From positions 3,410 through 67,409 of the forward strand of contig CAWJWJ010000002.1 of NCBI GenBank assembly GCA_963846575.1: a stretch of 64,000 nucleotides of DNA, given 5' to 3'. Shown here one piece after another: positions 37,704 to 50,740 of the stretch (within the stretch, counting starts at the first letter, position 1; every line of letters begins with the position of its first letter). Below the pieces are notes generated by a model. The model saw only the letters and a list, made by a program, of their open reading frames with translations. It did no database searches and was not told the DNA's origin. The stretch comes from an uncultured Nitrospiraceae bacterium. Lineage in GTDB: Bacteria; Nitrospirota; Nitrospiria; Nitrospirales; Nitrospiraceae. The position numbers and the translations under genes are program-made.

Positions 37704-39524
37704 ATGAGTATTCTGGCAAACAAAGACACCCGTGTGGTGATACAGGGTGGTCAAGCCGGCGTCAATGCCGCTCGCCGCATGGCTGAATTTTGCTATCTGA
37801 TCAAGCGTCCGCTGAATGTGGAAGCATTTGTCTACCCGCCCGACGCTGGCAAGACGAACGAGGTTCCGTATGGCAGTGGGCTTATGGCCATTCCGGTCTA
37901 CAGGTCCATCGCCGAAGCAACGAAGAACCATCCCACGATCAACACCAGCCTTGTCTACATCGGCGCCGACCGTGCGATGAAGGGGGGGATGGAAGCCCTC
38001 GACGATTCACACATCAAAGTGGTCTCCATGATCACTGAGGGTGTGCCCGAGAAGGATGCGAAAATTCTCGGAGCGCACGCGCGCAAGCTCGGAAAGGTGT
38101 TCAATGGGCCCTCGTCTATCGGAATCATTTCAGCCGGGGCCTGTCGCTTAGGCGTTATCGGCGGTGCATTTGACAATCTTGTGCTCTCCAAGCTCTACCG
38201 TGAGGGGTCGTTTGGTGTCATTACCAAATCGGGCGGGTTGTCGAATGAGATCATCTGGATCTGTTCGCAATTTGCCGACGGCATCACCACAGCCATTGGG
38301 ATTGGCGGCGATGCCTTCCCTGGGACCGATTACGTCAGTTATCTCGAGATGTTTGAGGGGGATCCTCAGACGAAGGCAGTGGTCATTGTTGGTGAAATGG
38401 GCGGAGACCTGGAGGAGCGGGCGGCTGAATGGTATGGCGCGAAGCAGCGTCGTGTGAAGTTGATTGCCGTCGTGTCCGGTTTTTGTCAGGAAAGTTTGCC
38501 CAAAGGAATGAAGTTCGGCCATGCTGGTGCCAAGGAAGGTCTGAAGGGTGAGGGGTCGGCCAGGTCCAAGTCAGATGCACTCAAGAAGGCCGGCGCTCTG
38601 GTACCCCCCACCTTTGGCGCGCTGGGTCCTGCCATTAAGGAAACCTATCAGGAGCTCTTGAAGTCCGGTCAGGTGAAGGAGCCGGTTGAGCCAGCCACAT
38701 TGCCACGGCTGCCAAAGACGGTGGAAGAGGCGATGAAGGCCGACGAGGTCATGGTCGCACCCCTGATCCGAACGACGATCAGCGATGACCGAGGCGATGA
38801 GCCTTGCTATGATGGCTATCCAGCTTCCGAATTGATCAATAAGGGGTACGAAATTCCGCACGTCATTGGTCTCTTATGGGACAAGCGGCTTATCTCGAAG
38901 CAGGAGGCCGAAATCATCAAGCGGATTATGATGCTTTCGGCCGATCACGGACCTTGTGTGAGCGGTGCTTATGCGACCATTTTGGCCGCCTGTGCAGGGA
39001 TCGGATTGTCTCAGTCGGTCGCAGCGGGCATGATTATGATCGGACCGCGTTTCGGCGGTGCCGTGACCGATGCCGGGCGGTTTTTTAAGTACGCTGTCGA
39101 CAACAGGATGTCCGTCGACGAATTTTTGACCTATATGAAGAAGAATCATGGCCCGGTACCTGGGATCGGCCATCGCGTGAAAAGCTTACGCAATCCTGAC
39201 AAGCGGGTGAAAGAATTGGTCGGTTACGTGAAGAGCTTGAAGATAAAAACCCCTTGTTTGGACTTCGCTCTTGAAGTGGAGAAAATCACATCGGTCAAAA
39301 AGGATAACTTGATATTAAACGTAGACGGGACCATGGCGGCCGTTTTGGTTGACATCGGGTTCCCCGTAGATAGTTTGAATGGATTCTTTATTTTATCGCG
39401 TACGATCGGGTTAATCGGGCATTGGGTCGATCAAAAGCGGCAAGATAGTCGCTTGATACGGTTATTTGACTATCTTGTAAACTACGCAGCGCCTAAACGT
39501 CGTGAGGTACCGCCCTTGAAGTAG
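37704..39524 (+). CDS. aclA: ATP citrate lyase alpha subunit
   Basis: KSGGLSNE, phospho-His FGHAGA, DHGPCVSGA, GPRFGGA, PGIGHR lyase domain. Confidence 0.96.
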   Translation: MSILANKDTRVVIQGGQAGVNAARRMAEFCYLIKRPLNVEAFVYPPDAGKTNEVPYGSGLMAIPVYRSIAEATKNHPTINTSLVYIGADRAMKGGMEALDDSHIKVVSMITEGVPEKDAKILGAHARKLGKVFNGPSSIGIISAGACRLGVIGGAFDNLVLSKLYREGSFGVITKSGGLSNEIIWICSQFADGITTAIGIGGDAFPGTDYVSYLEMFEGDPQTKAVVIVGEMGGDLEERAAEWYGAKQRRVKLIAVVSGFCQESLPKGMKFGHAGAKEGLKGEGSARSKSDALKKAGALVPPTFGALGPAIKETYQELLKSGQVKEPVEPATLPRLPKTVEEAMKADEVMVAPLIRTTISDDRGDEPCYDGYPASELINKGYEIPHVIGLLWDKRLISKQEAEIIKRIMMLSADHGPCVSGAYATILAACAGIGLSQSVAAGMIMIGPRFGGAVTDAGRFFKYAVDNRMSVDEFLTYMKKNHGPVPGIGHRVKSLRNPDKRVKELVGYVKSLKIKTPCLDFALEVEKITSVKKDNLILNVDGTMAAVLVDIGFPVDSLNGFFILSRTIGLIGHWVDQKRQDSRLIRLFDYLVNYAAPKRREVPPLK

Positions 39525-39573
39525 ACCGAGCGGTGAATCAATCAATGGGAAGTATGGGATAGCCTGCTAGGGA

Positions 39574-39589
39574 TGCCTCTTAAGAGGCA
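39574..39589. promoter_or_regulatory. Perfect 16-bp palindrome between aclA and aconitase
   Basis: TGCCTCTTAAGAGGCA; core CTCTTAAGAG recurs at 46706-46715. Confidence 0.45.
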
Positions 39590-39624
39590 AGCGATATTAA
39601 ACAGGGAAAGACGGAGATAGAACC

Positions 39625-41871
39625 ATGTCTATGGAGCTCGCCAGAAAATTGTATGCCAGGATGCCGGACGTTTTTGCCAAGGCCAGGAAGAAATTCGGCC
39701 GGGGCCTTACGGTGGCCGACAAGATATTGGTGTCGCACGCCGATAATTTTGAGACCCAAACCTGGGAGCGAGGGAAGGCCATGTTGGCGCTTCGCCCTGA
39801 TCGTGTGGCAATGCAGGACGCCACGGCCCAGATGGCTATGCTTCAATTCATGCAGGCCAACAAGAAGCAAGTGGCCGTTCCAAGCACCATCCACTGCGAC
39901 CATCTCATTCGGGCTGAAATGGGTTCCGAAAAGGACCTGCTTCGCGCGATGGATGAGAACAAGGAAGTGTACAATTTCCTCGCTTCAGCTGCCAAAAAAT
40001 ACGGGATTGGATTCTGGAAACCAGGAGCTGGGATCATCCATCAAGTCGTGTTGGAGAACTATGCTTTCCCAGGCTGCTTGATTATTGGGACCGACTCTCA
40101 CACTCCCAATGGCGGCGGGCTGGGGGGATTGGCCATCGGGGTCGGTGGTGCGGATGCCGGTGAAGTCATGGCCGGGCTCCCCTGGGAAGTCCTTCATCCT
40201 AAGCTGATCGGAGTGCGGTTGACGGGTAAGCTGAGCGGCTGGGCCTCGCCCAAGGACGTGATTCTGTACCTCTGCGGTCTCCTCACCGTAAAGGGTGGTA
40301 CCAACAAGATTGTCGAGTATTTTGGCCCTGGCGCAGAGACTATCAGCGCTACAGGAAAAGGGACAATCTGTAATATGGGCGCAGAATTGGGTGCAACGAC
40401 CTCCGTATTTCCGTTCGATCAGAAAATGGTTGCCTACATGAACATCATGGATCGGGCGGACCTCGCAAATTTCGCTCAGTCGCACAAGGATCTTCTTGTG
40501 GCTGATGCCGAGGTCTATCAATCGCCTGAAAAGTACTACGACCAAATCGTTGAAGTAGATCTGTCCTCTCTGGAGCCGCATGTGGTAGGGCCGCACACGC
40601 CGGACCTCGCCAGGCCGATTTCAAAATTAGCGGCAGAGGCGAAAGAAAAAGGATATCCGGTGGAGTTGAAGGCGGCATTGATCGGGAGCTGCACCAACTC
40701 TTCCTACGAAGACATCAGTCGCTCAGCGCACATTGCGCGACAAGGCTTGAAGGCCGGGCTGAAGGCGAAAGCTTCCTTTCTCGTCTCGCCAGGATCCGAA
40801 CGCATCTACCACACTATGAAGCGCGACGGATTTTTAGAGACGTTCGAGGAACTCGGTGGAACCGTACTGTCCAATTCCTGCGGTCCTTGTATTGGGCAGT
40901 GGAAACGGGCGGACGGCGTGAAGGGAAAAGCCGATTCCATCGTCAGCTCATTCAACCGCAACTTTCCAGGCCGCAATGATGGAATCAGCGAAACGCTCTC
41001 CTTCCTCGCCAGTCCGGAAGTCGTGACGGCATATGCGATCACGGGTGACCTGGGTTTCGACCCTGTGAATCAAAGGTTGAAGGGCGCTGATGGGAAAGAG
41101 TTCAAACTCGAACCGCCACAGGGCGAGGAGCTACCCCCCAAAGGATTTGCTAAGGGGGATGAGGGGTTCGTGGCTCCCGCGGATAATGGTGAAGGCCTCA
41201 CGGTAGACGTTCCGCCCACTAGCGAGCGACTGCAGTTGTTGCAGCCCTTCCCGAGGTGGGACGGTAAAGATTTTGAAAAACTTCCGCTTTTAATTAAAAC
41301 CAAGGGCAAGACCACTACGGACCATATATCTCCAGCCGGACCTTGGTTGAAATACCGTGGGCACCTCGACAAAATAAGCGACAACATGTTCCTGGGTGCC
41401 AATAGTGCTTTTTCATCGGAGCCTGGTAAGGGCATAGATGTGATGACGGGTGAGTCCGGACTTACCATCGCTCAGATCGCCCGCCGCTACAAGGCCAAGG
41501 AGATAGGGTCGGTCGTTGTAGGGGATGAAAATTACGGCGAAGGGAGCAGTCGGGAACATGCGGCCATGTCCCCAAGGTTCTTGAACGTGCGGGTGGTAAT
41601 CACCAAGAGTTTTGCTCGGATTCACGAAACTAACTTGAAAAAGCAGGGGATCCTGGCTTTGACTTTCGCAGATCCGAAGGACTACGAGAAGATCGAACAG
41701 GAAGATCGTATTAGTGTAACAGGTCTAAATGGTCTCGCTCCCGGCAAGCCGGTACAAGTGACGATTCACAAGTCGGGTGGGCAGTCGCCTACGATCCAAG
41801 CGAACCACAGTATGACGGAGCAGCAGCTCGCGTGGTTCAAGGCTGGTTCCGCGCTCAATGCGCTGAACTAA
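39625..41871 (+). CDS. acnA: Aconitate hydratase (mitochondrial-like AcnA family)
   Basis: QDATAQ, HCDH, DSHT, IGSCTN, NSCGPCIG, EGSSREHA. Confidence 0.96.
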   Translation: MSMELARKLYARMPDVFAKARKKFGRGLTVADKILVSHADNFETQTWERGKAMLALRPDRVAMQDATAQMAMLQFMQANKKQVAVPSTIHCDHLIRAEMGSEKDLLRAMDENKEVYNFLASAAKKYGIGFWKPGAGIIHQVVLENYAFPGCLIIGTDSHTPNGGGLGGLAIGVGGADAGEVMAGLPWEVLHPKLIGVRLTGKLSGWASPKDVILYLCGLLTVKGGTNKIVEYFGPGAETISATGKGTICNMGAELGATTSVFPFDQKMVAYMNIMDRADLANFAQSHKDLLVADAEVYQSPEKYYDQIVEVDLSSLEPHVVGPHTPDLARPISKLAAEAKEKGYPVELKAALIGSCTNSSYEDISRSAHIARQGLKAGLKAKASFLVSPGSERIYHTMKRDGFLETFEELGGTVLSNSCGPCIGQWKRADGVKGKADSIVSSFNRNFPGRNDGISETLSFLASPEVVTAYAITGDLGFDPVNQRLKGADGKEFKLEPPQGEELPPKGFAKGDEGFVAPADNGEGLTVDVPPTSERLQLLQPFPRWDGKDFEKLPLLIKTKGKTTTDHISPAGPWLKYRGHLDKISDNMFLGANSAFSSEPGKGIDVMTGESGLTIAQIARRYKAKEIGSVVVGDENYGEGSSREHAAMSPRFLNVRVVITKSFARIHETNLKKQGILALTFADPKDYEKIEQEDRISVTGLNGLAPGKPVQVTIHKSGGQSPTIQANHSMTEQQLAWFKAGSALNALN

Positions 41872-41876
41872 TTTAA

Positions 41877-44132
<2,256 letters not shown>

Positions 44133-44180
44133 CTCATTCGTTTCGTTTTCAAACGGGTGGAACGTATCTCGTGAGTTACG

Positions 44181-44222
44181 TTGGGGGTGATGGATCTGGG
44201 CTTTCCCTCCCATCGCCCCCAA
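44181..44222 (+). other. Long intergenic RNA hairpin between icd and frdB
   Basis: TTGGGGGTGATGG pairs with CCATCGCCCCCAA (13 bp, one G-U); no U-tract. Confidence 0.55.
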
Positions 44223-44250
44223 TGTTCACCCCTCGCCGGAATCGGGGAAT

Positions 44251-44961
44251 ATGGCACAAGAAGACATCAATGTAATCGATCAGCCAGAAGTGGTGCGCCA
44301 TAAACTGGTGACCATTGAAATTTCCGGCAAGAAGTATGAAGTGCCCGAAGGGATCACGGTGATTAAGGCACTCTGGTACACCGGACAGGAAGTGGTGCGA
44401 GGAGCCGGCTGTCTCGGTGGGTTCTGCGGCGCCTGCGCGACGTATTATCGAACGAAGGATGATCCTAAGGTGCGCACCTGTCTAGCTTGCCAAATGGCCG
44501 TCGAAGACGGCATGTCCTTCACCATTATGCCTCCTTTCCCAGCGCGGAAGGCGCTGTACGACATCCAGACCCTCAAGGACCCGAAGCAAGACCTATTCAG
44601 TCTGTACCCCGAAGCCCCCCTGTGCAGAAATTGTAACGCCTGCACTGAAGCCTGTCCTCAGAAAATCGACGTGCGGGAAGGCGTTTGGAAAGCTGTCTTC
44701 GGAGATTTCAAAAGTGTCTCAGAGATGTTTATGGACTGTGTCATGTGCGGGATGTGCACGCCGGTCTGTATCGCTGATATTGCCCCCAATCTGGTCGCTC
44801 TCTATGTCAGCCGGGCGCAAGGCGCTCACTTCACGGAAAAAGCCCAAGGCCTTGAGACACGCATTAAGGAAATACAGGACGGACGATTCAACGAGGAATG
44901 GAACAAGGTGCTCGGGATGAGCGAGAAGGAGTTGGCCGATCACTGCTCGACAGTGAAGTAA
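44251..44961 (+). CDS. frdB: Fumarate reductase/succinate dehydrogenase Fe-S subunit
   Basis: [2Fe-2S] GCLGGFCGAC...CLAC plus CRNCNACTEAC and CVMCGMCTPVC. Confidence 0.8.
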   Translation: MAQEDINVIDQPEVVRHKLVTIEISGKKYEVPEGITVIKALWYTGQEVVRGAGCLGGFCGACATYYRTKDDPKVRTCLACQMAVEDGMSFTIMPPFPARKALYDIQTLKDPKQDLFSLYPEAPLCRNCNACTEACPQKIDVREGVWKAVFGDFKSVSEMFMDCVMCGMCTPVCIADIAPNLVALYVSRAQGAHFTEKAQGLETRIKEIQDGRFNEEWNKVLGMSEKELADHCSTVK

Positions 44962-45033
44962 TGCTTTGTGCCGTCTGCCCGGCTTCGGAGAACTCGCCAG
45001 GGGGGATTGTGCTCACCGTTGAAAGCGAAATAC

Positions 45034-46635
45034 ATGGATATTCACGCACTCCAACAAATAGTACATCAAACCAGGGATGCTCGCCGCAAGCAAACGCTTC
45101 AAAAGTTTTCTCCCGCAGAACGCGATAAATTGATTCATACATATCATCCTGATCACCGCGCCAGTGCCTATCGGCCGATCCGATTTGGTCCTAACGCAGA
45201 GGACCAGACAGTCGTGGAATTGGCGGCGCTCCTCGAAGGTGATAGCCCCATCGCAGATAATGCGGACCTGACAGCCCACTATACGGCCGATGTTTTAGTT
45301 ATTGGAGGAGGAGGCGCGGGATGTGCCGCGGCATTGCACGCTCACGGAGCAGGCGCGAAAGTAATCCTCGCCACTAAGCTTCGTCTCGCCGATTCTAATA
45401 GCGTGATGGCTCAGGGGGGAATGCAGATCTCGGTCGCGCCAGAAGACTCTCCGGTGACCCATTTCCTCGATACGCTCAAGGGCGGCCATATGCAGAACGA
45501 CCATGACCTGCTCAAGGTGATGGTCGAGGAAGGCCCCGCCATCGCAAAGTGGCTGATAGAACTGGGAGTGCTGTTTGATCGCCAAGCGGATGGGAACCTG
45601 CATGTGAAGAAGGGCGGCGGGAGTTCCAAACCGCGACTCTTGACCTGCTCAGACTATACCGGTCTCGAAATTATGCGTGTGTTAAAGGACGAGGTCCTGA
45701 ATCAAAAGATTCAACTCCTCGAATTTTGTGCGGCAGTCGAGTTGTTGAGCGATGAGAACGGTCATTGTACCGGAGCCATCTTCAAAGATCTCGACAATCA
45801 TCGACAGGTGGTGGTCGCGGCTAAATCAGTGATCCTCGCGACTGGTGGCATCGGCCGGCTGCATATACAGGGCTTTCCCACCAGCAACCACTATGGTGCG
45901 ACCGGGGATGGTTTGTGCCTCGCGTACCGAATGGGCGCGAAACTCGACCACATCGATACGTTTCAGTATCACCCGTCGGGTGCGGTCTATCCGGAACAAT
46001 TGATCGGAGCCCTGGTCACGGAAGGCATTCGATCCGAAGGTGGCCATCTCGTGAACGCCAGGGGCGAACGCTTTGTGAACGAACTTGATACGCGCGATGT
46101 GGTGTCCTCCTCTATCATTCGCGAGTGTGAGGAGGGCAGGGGCATTCGCACCATGTCAGGTCGGGTCGGTGTCTGGTTGGATACGCCCCTCTTGGATGCC
46201 GAACATGGACCGGGAACAGTCGAAAAACATTTTCCGGCGATGATGATGCAGTTCGAGCGTTTCGGGATCGATATCAGCAAGGACCCGGTTCTAATCTACC
46301 CGACCTTGCACTACCAGAACGGTGGCGTGAAGATCGACACGAGTGCTGAAACGAATGTGAAAAACCTCTTTGTTGCCGGCGAAGCATCTGGCGGCCTGCA
46401 TGGACGCAACCGGTTAATGGGTAATTCGCTACTTGACCTGATGGTCTTCGGTAAACGATCGGGCTTGACAGCCGCGACTCGTGCCGGATCGATGCAGCAA
46501 GGGAAGCTCACGGTGAAGCATCTCGAGCGATTCCGCGCCGAAGCTAGGAAGCATGGTAATTCAAGCGGCGTGATCTCTCCCATGATCCTTCCTGCCTATA
46601 CACGCAAAGAACCCGAACGTACGACGAAAAGCTGA
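45034..46635 (+). CDS. frdA: Fumarate reductase/succinate dehydrogenase flavoprotein
   Basis: GGGGAG, AQGG, QYHP, TEGIR.EGG, TRD, LHYQNGG, LHGRNRL.GNSL; start at ATG 45034. Confidence 0.85.
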   Translation: MDIHALQQIVHQTRDARRKQTLQKFSPAERDKLIHTYHPDHRASAYRPIRFGPNAEDQTVVELAALLEGDSPIADNADLTAHYTADVLVIGGGGAGCAAALHAHGAGAKVILATKLRLADSNSVMAQGGMQISVAPEDSPVTHFLDTLKGGHMQNDHDLLKVMVEEGPAIAKWLIELGVLFDRQADGNLHVKKGGGSSKPRLLTCSDYTGLEIMRVLKDEVLNQKIQLLEFCAAVELLSDENGHCTGAIFKDLDNHRQVVVAAKSVILATGGIGRLHIQGFPTSNHYGATGDGLCLAYRMGAKLDHIDTFQYHPSGAVYPEQLIGALVTEGIRSEGGHLVNARGERFVNELDTRDVVSSSIIRECEEGRGIRTMSGRVGVWLDTPLLDAEHGPGTVEKHFPAMMMQFERFGIDISKDPVLIYPTLHYQNGGVKIDTSAETNVKNLFVAGEASGGLHGRNRLMGNSLLDLMVFGKRSGLTAATRAGSMQQGKLTVKHLERFRAEARKHGNSSGVISPMILPAYTRKEPERTTKS

Positions 46636-46722
46636 GGGCGTCGGCCTGAATCGGCGGGTCCGCACGCTTACACCACTCGACATCTCCGATGCCATGAGCC
46701 AATAGCTCTTAAGAGGATTTAC

Positions 46723-47901
46723 ATGAATGTTCATGAATTTCAGGCTAAGCAGTTGTTTGCGCAATTTGGGGTGCCGGTGCCTCGTGGCAAAGAAGTCACC
46801 TCACCAGAGACGGCAGCCGCCTGGGCTGGCGAACTTAATACACCTGTCTTTGTCGTGAAAGCCCAGATTCATGCAGGAGGCCGTGGGAAAGCCGGTGGCG
46901 TTAAGATCACGAAGGATAAAGCGGCTGTTCCGGGTTTCGCGAAGGAGTTGATCGGCAAGACCTTGATCACTCATCAGACCGGACCGAAGGGCAGAACGGT
47001 TCATCGGCTGCTGGTGGAAGAAGGGGCTAACATCGCCAAGGAACTGTATTTGAGTATTTTGGTGGACCGTGATACCGGCTGGCCAACGTTCATTGCCAGC
47101 ACCGAAGGCGGCATGGAAATCGAAGAGGTTGCGGAAAAGACCCCTGACAGGATCATCAAAGAAGCAATCGATCCCGCAGTCGGGTTCCAAGGGCACAACG
47201 GTCGTAATGTCGCATTCGCGTTGGGACTTCAACAGTTGGAGCCCGCTATCATCAATCCGTTCGTGCAGATGCTCGGGAATCTCTATCGACTTTTCATGGA
47301 AAAACATGCCGCATTAGTTGAAATCAACCCATTGATCATCACGAAGGAAAAAACGTTGGTGGCGCTCGATGGGAAGGTGTCCTTTGACGACAATGGTCTC
47401 TTCAAGCATGATGATGTGCAAAAGATGCGGGATCTTAACGAAGAGGATCCGCTGGAAATTGAGGCTACAGCCAGTAATCTCAACTATGTGAAGCTTGACG
47501 GTAACATCGGTTGCATGGTGAACGGCGCTGGGCTTGCCATGGCGACTATGGATGTCATTAAGTTGGCGGGCAGTGAGCCGGCCAACTTCCTGGACGTGGG
47601 CGGCGGGGCTACGAAGGAGACAGTCGCGGCCGGGTTCAGAATTCTGCTCAAAGACCCGAACGTCAAAGGCATCTTCATTAACATCTTTGGCGGCATCGTG
47701 CGGTGCGAGCGGATTGCGCATGGTGTGATCGAGGCGGCCAAAGAAGTAAAGATTAATGTGCCTTTGGTGGTCCGGCTACAGGGAACCAATGCAGACGAAG
47801 GCCGGAACCTGTTGGCGGAATCAGGTCTCAAACTTGAGGTGGCGAACGATTTGTGGGAGGCGGCGCAGAAAGTAGTGAAATTGACTGGCAAGGCGGCGTA
47901 A
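46723..47901 (+). CDS. sucC: Succinyl-CoA synthetase beta subunit
   Basis: [43 protein letters not shown]. Confidence 0.97.
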   Translation: MNVHEFQAKQLFAQFGVPVPRGKEVTSPETAAAWAGELNTPVFVVKAQIHAGGRGKAGGVKITKDKAAVPGFAKELIGKTLITHQTGPKGRTVHRLLVEEGANIAKELYLSILVDRDTGWPTFIASTEGGMEIEEVAEKTPDRIIKEAIDPAVGFQGHNGRNVAFALGLQQLEPAIINPFVQMLGNLYRLFMEKHAALVEINPLIITKEKTLVALDGKVSFDDNGLFKHDDVQKMRDLNEEDPLEIEATASNLNYVKLDGNIGCMVNGAGLAMATMDVIKLAGSEPANFLDVGGGATKETVAAGFRILLKDPNVKGIFINIFGGIVRCERIAHGVIEAAKEVKINVPLVVRLQGTNADEGRNLLAESGLKLEVANDLWEAAQKVVKLTGKAA

Positions 47902-47912
47902 AGGAGAAGACC

Positions 47913-48785
47913 GTGAGTATTCTCGTCAATAAAAATACGCGTGTGGTGGTACAAGGGATTACGGGGAAAGAGGGCTCTTTCCACGCGACGCAGTGCAAAG
48001 CCTATGGTACCAAGATGGTCGCCGGGGTCACCCCCGGAAAAGCCGGTCAGGAAGTCGAAGGCATTCCCGTCTTCAACACCGTGGCCGACGCGGTCAAGAA
48101 GACTGAGTGCGATACCTCGCTGATTTTTGTGCCCCCTCCCTTTTGTGCCGATGCAATACTTGAGGCTGCCGATGCAGGTGTGAAGCTGATTATCTGCATC
48201 ACGGAAGGTATTCCTGTAAACGACATGGTTAAGGTGAAACGGGCGCTGCATGGCCGTGATGTGCGACTCATCGGTCCGAACTGTCCCGGTGTTATCACCG
48301 TCGATGAAGCCAAGATTGGGATTATGCCGGGGTTCATTCATAAGCGGGGAGTAGTCGGCGTCGTCTCGCGCAGCGGGACCTTGACCTATGAGGCGGTGCA
48401 TCAACTTTCCACGTTGGGACTTGGCGAGACGACCTGTGTGGGAATCGGCGGTGATCCTGTCAATGGCACCGGCTTTGTCGATATCTTGCCGCTGTTCGAG
48501 AAGGATCCCGAAACCCAGGCAGTAGTTATGATCGGTGAAATCGGCGGCGATGCCGAAGAAAAGGCTGCGGAGTACATTAAAAAGCATGTAAAAAAGCCGG
48601 TCATCAGTTTTATCGCGGGCATCACCGCACCTCCGGGGCGCCGCATGGGCCACGCCGGAGCAATAATTTCTGGTGGTAAAGGGACGGCAACCGAAAAGAT
48701 GAAGTCCCTCGAAGCGGCCGGGGTTCGGGTGGTGAAGAATCCTGCCGAGATTGGCGCTGCTGTAAAGCTGGCCCTCGGTCGTTAG
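47913..48785 (+). CDS. sucD: Succinyl-CoA synthetase alpha subunit
   Basis: [27 protein letters not shown]; GTG start with AAGGAG. Confidence 0.97.
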   Translation: MSILVNKNTRVVVQGITGKEGSFHATQCKAYGTKMVAGVTPGKAGQEVEGIPVFNTVADAVKKTECDTSLIFVPPPFCADAILEAADAGVKLIICITEGIPVNDMVKVKRALHGRDVRLIGPNCPGVITVDEAKIGIMPGFIHKRGVVGVVSRSGTLTYEAVHQLSTLGLGETTCVGIGGDPVNGTGFVDILPLFEKDPETQAVVMIGEIGGDAEEKAAEYIKKHVKKPVISFIAGITAPPGRRMGHAGAIISGGKGTATEKMKSLEAAGVRVVKNPAEIGAAVKLALGR

Positions 48786-48799
48786 AATTTGCCTGTGTG

Positions 48800-48843
48800 A
48801 GGAAGAGGGCGTTGGATCGTCTCCAACGCCCTCTTCCTGTTTG
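48800..48843 (+). terminator. Intrinsic terminator of the acl-suc operon
   Basis: Perfect 17-bp stem AGGAAGAGGGCGTTGGA/TCCAACGCCCTCTTCCT followed by GTTTG. Confidence 0.8.
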
Positions 48844-49105
48844 TGAGGGCTCACGGAAGGATGCCCGAGCGCAGCCGACCTGTGGAAAGGCCGCTGTGCT
48901 CGCTGCACGTGTGATTGTGGGTTGGCCGAATCTTTCCTTTTCCCTCTGCTGCGAGACGTGGTACTGTACAGGACTCATTAGAGCCGAATGGGTTGGGTGT
49001 GATGGCCTGTTAGCGGATATACCGAGATAGGATCGGCCTCCCTCCAGGAGACGCGGCGGCGATACTAAGAAGCCCTTGTTATTGTCCGCATGAAAGGACG
49101 CCACT

Positions 49106-50740
49106 ATGCTCGTGTTTCTCATACATGTACGTGACCCTCAGTTTTACGCCCTTCCAGCTAAAACGCGTGCCAAGAACGGACGGATTCGGGTGATGGGCTT
49201 CCCGCCTATCGGGATCATGTCCCTGTCGTCGGTCTTGAAGCGTGCAGGCCACGACTGCGTGATGTTCGACCAGGCGCACCCTGAGACCCCCAACGAGTTT
49301 ATTGTTGAACAGATCAAACAACGGAAGCCGGCGCTGGTAGGGCTCAGCTTTCTCAGCACCACGAGCTACCCATACGCAAAGATTCTCGCCCGACAGATAC
49401 GGGCAACCGATCAGGATGTGAAGCTGGCGTTCGGCGGGGTGTTTGCCAGCCTAAATGCGGGACTTGTCAAATTGCAATGTCCGGAGGTGGACTTTGTCTG
49501 CCGTGGAGATGGGGAGCAACTGCTCCTGGATCTGCTTGATCGTATCGACGACCCGCAGGAAGTGGGCGGTCTCACTTGGGCAAAAGACGGCAGGGTGATC
49601 AATAATCCTAACCGGACTATGGAGCGCCATCTAGATCAATGGCCCTTCCCTGATCGGGAAAGTCTGGAATTGGATTTCGTCGAATCCATGCCATTGGATG
49701 TCCCCGCAGTGCTGTCCATGGAGCGGTTCACCACCATGCAAACATCACGCGGATGTCCATGGCCCTGCGTCTTTTGTGATATCCCCATTTTCAATGAGGG
49801 AAAGTGGCGGGCGCGTAGTGCCCAGCATGTCGTCGATGAGCTCAAGTACCTCGAGTCGAATGGTTACGGGTCCGTCTACTTCGTCGACGATCACTTTCTC
49901 CTGCAGCCAAAGAGGATCGATGCAATTTGTAAAGGTGTCATTGACGCCAAGCTCTCAATCCAATGGGGGATCGAAGGCCGCGTGGACTCGGTGGCGCAGC
50001 ATCTGTTCCCCGCCATGGCCAAGGCACACTGCCGAACGGTCATGTTTGGGATTGAAAGCGGAAGCCAGAAGATTCTCAATCGCCTCCAGAAAGAACAGAC
50101 ATTGGCAGAAGTCGAAACGGCCGTGAAGAACGCCAAAAAGGCCGGGATCGAAATCGTCCATGGGTTTTTTACCGTGGGGAACCCGGATGAAACCGTCGAG
50201 GACATGCAGAAGACGTTCGATTTTGCTTCCAAGCTGCCGCTGGATACGTTTGGGTTCAACCGTCTTTGTGTTTATCGCGGAACACCACTTTGGCAGGAGT
50301 ACGTGAAGCGCGGGTTGGTGACCGATGCCAAGGATTGGTACAAGTATTTTAAGTGTTCGGAGATTGATCCGACCTGTTTGCCGGGAGCGGTGATCAATAC
50401 GGTGAGACAGGAAGGCCTGAAAAAACTGTTTATCTATAAATTAACCCGCTATCCGATTCAGACCTTCAAATTACTCCGGCGGTTTCTGCGGTATATGCCA
50501 TTCCGGGATGTCGCCTATCTTATCATCAAGCCGTTTTTGGGGCAGAAGAAGGGCGCAACGAAGGCTGAAGTGCTCTCCAGAGCTGTCGAACATGCTGAGA
50601 TGAAAGACGCCGCCGCGCAACTCACGCAACTGAGCGATGAACTCTTGCATAGCGTGTTAGAGGAGTCGAAGGCGGAACGCCAACGAATTCAGCAAGACGC
50701 AGAAACCTCACGTGAGCTTCCGATGGTAAACGTCCGCTGA
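49106..50740 (+). CDS. B12-binding radical SAM protein
   Basis: N-terminal cobalamin domain (PPIGIMSL...GGVFAS...RGDGE); SRGCPWPCVFC; FVDD; GIESGS. Confidence 0.9.
   Translation: MLVFLIHVRDPQFYALPAKTRAKNGRIRVMGFPPIGIMSLSSVLKRAGHDCVMFDQAHPETPNEFIVEQIKQRKPALVGLSFLSTTSYPYAKILARQIRATDQDVKLAFGGVFASLNAGLVKLQCPEVDFVCRGDGEQLLLDLLDRIDDPQEVGGLTWAKDGRVINNPNRTMERHLDQWPFPDRESLELDFVESMPLDVPAVLSMERFTTMQTSRGCPWPCVFCDIPIFNEGKWRARSAQHVVDELKYLESNGYGSVYFVDDHFLLQPKRIDAICKGVIDAKLSIQWGIEGRVDSVAQHLFPAMAKAHCRTVMFGIESGSQKILNRLQKEQTLAEVETAVKNAKKAGIEIVHGFFTVGNPDETVEDMQKTFDFASKLPLDTFGFNRLCVYRGTPLWQEYVKRGLVTDAKDWYKYFKCSEIDPTCLPGAVINTVRQEGLKKLFIYKLTRYPIQTFKLLRRFLRYMPFRDVAYLIIKPFLGQKKGATKAEVLSRAVEHAEMKDAAAQLTQLSDELLHSVLEESKAERQRIQQDAETSRELPMVNVR

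Noticed and set aside
47484-48908. 474-aa minus-strand ORF
   Set aside because: Antisense to the highly conserved sucC/sucD; typical shadow frame
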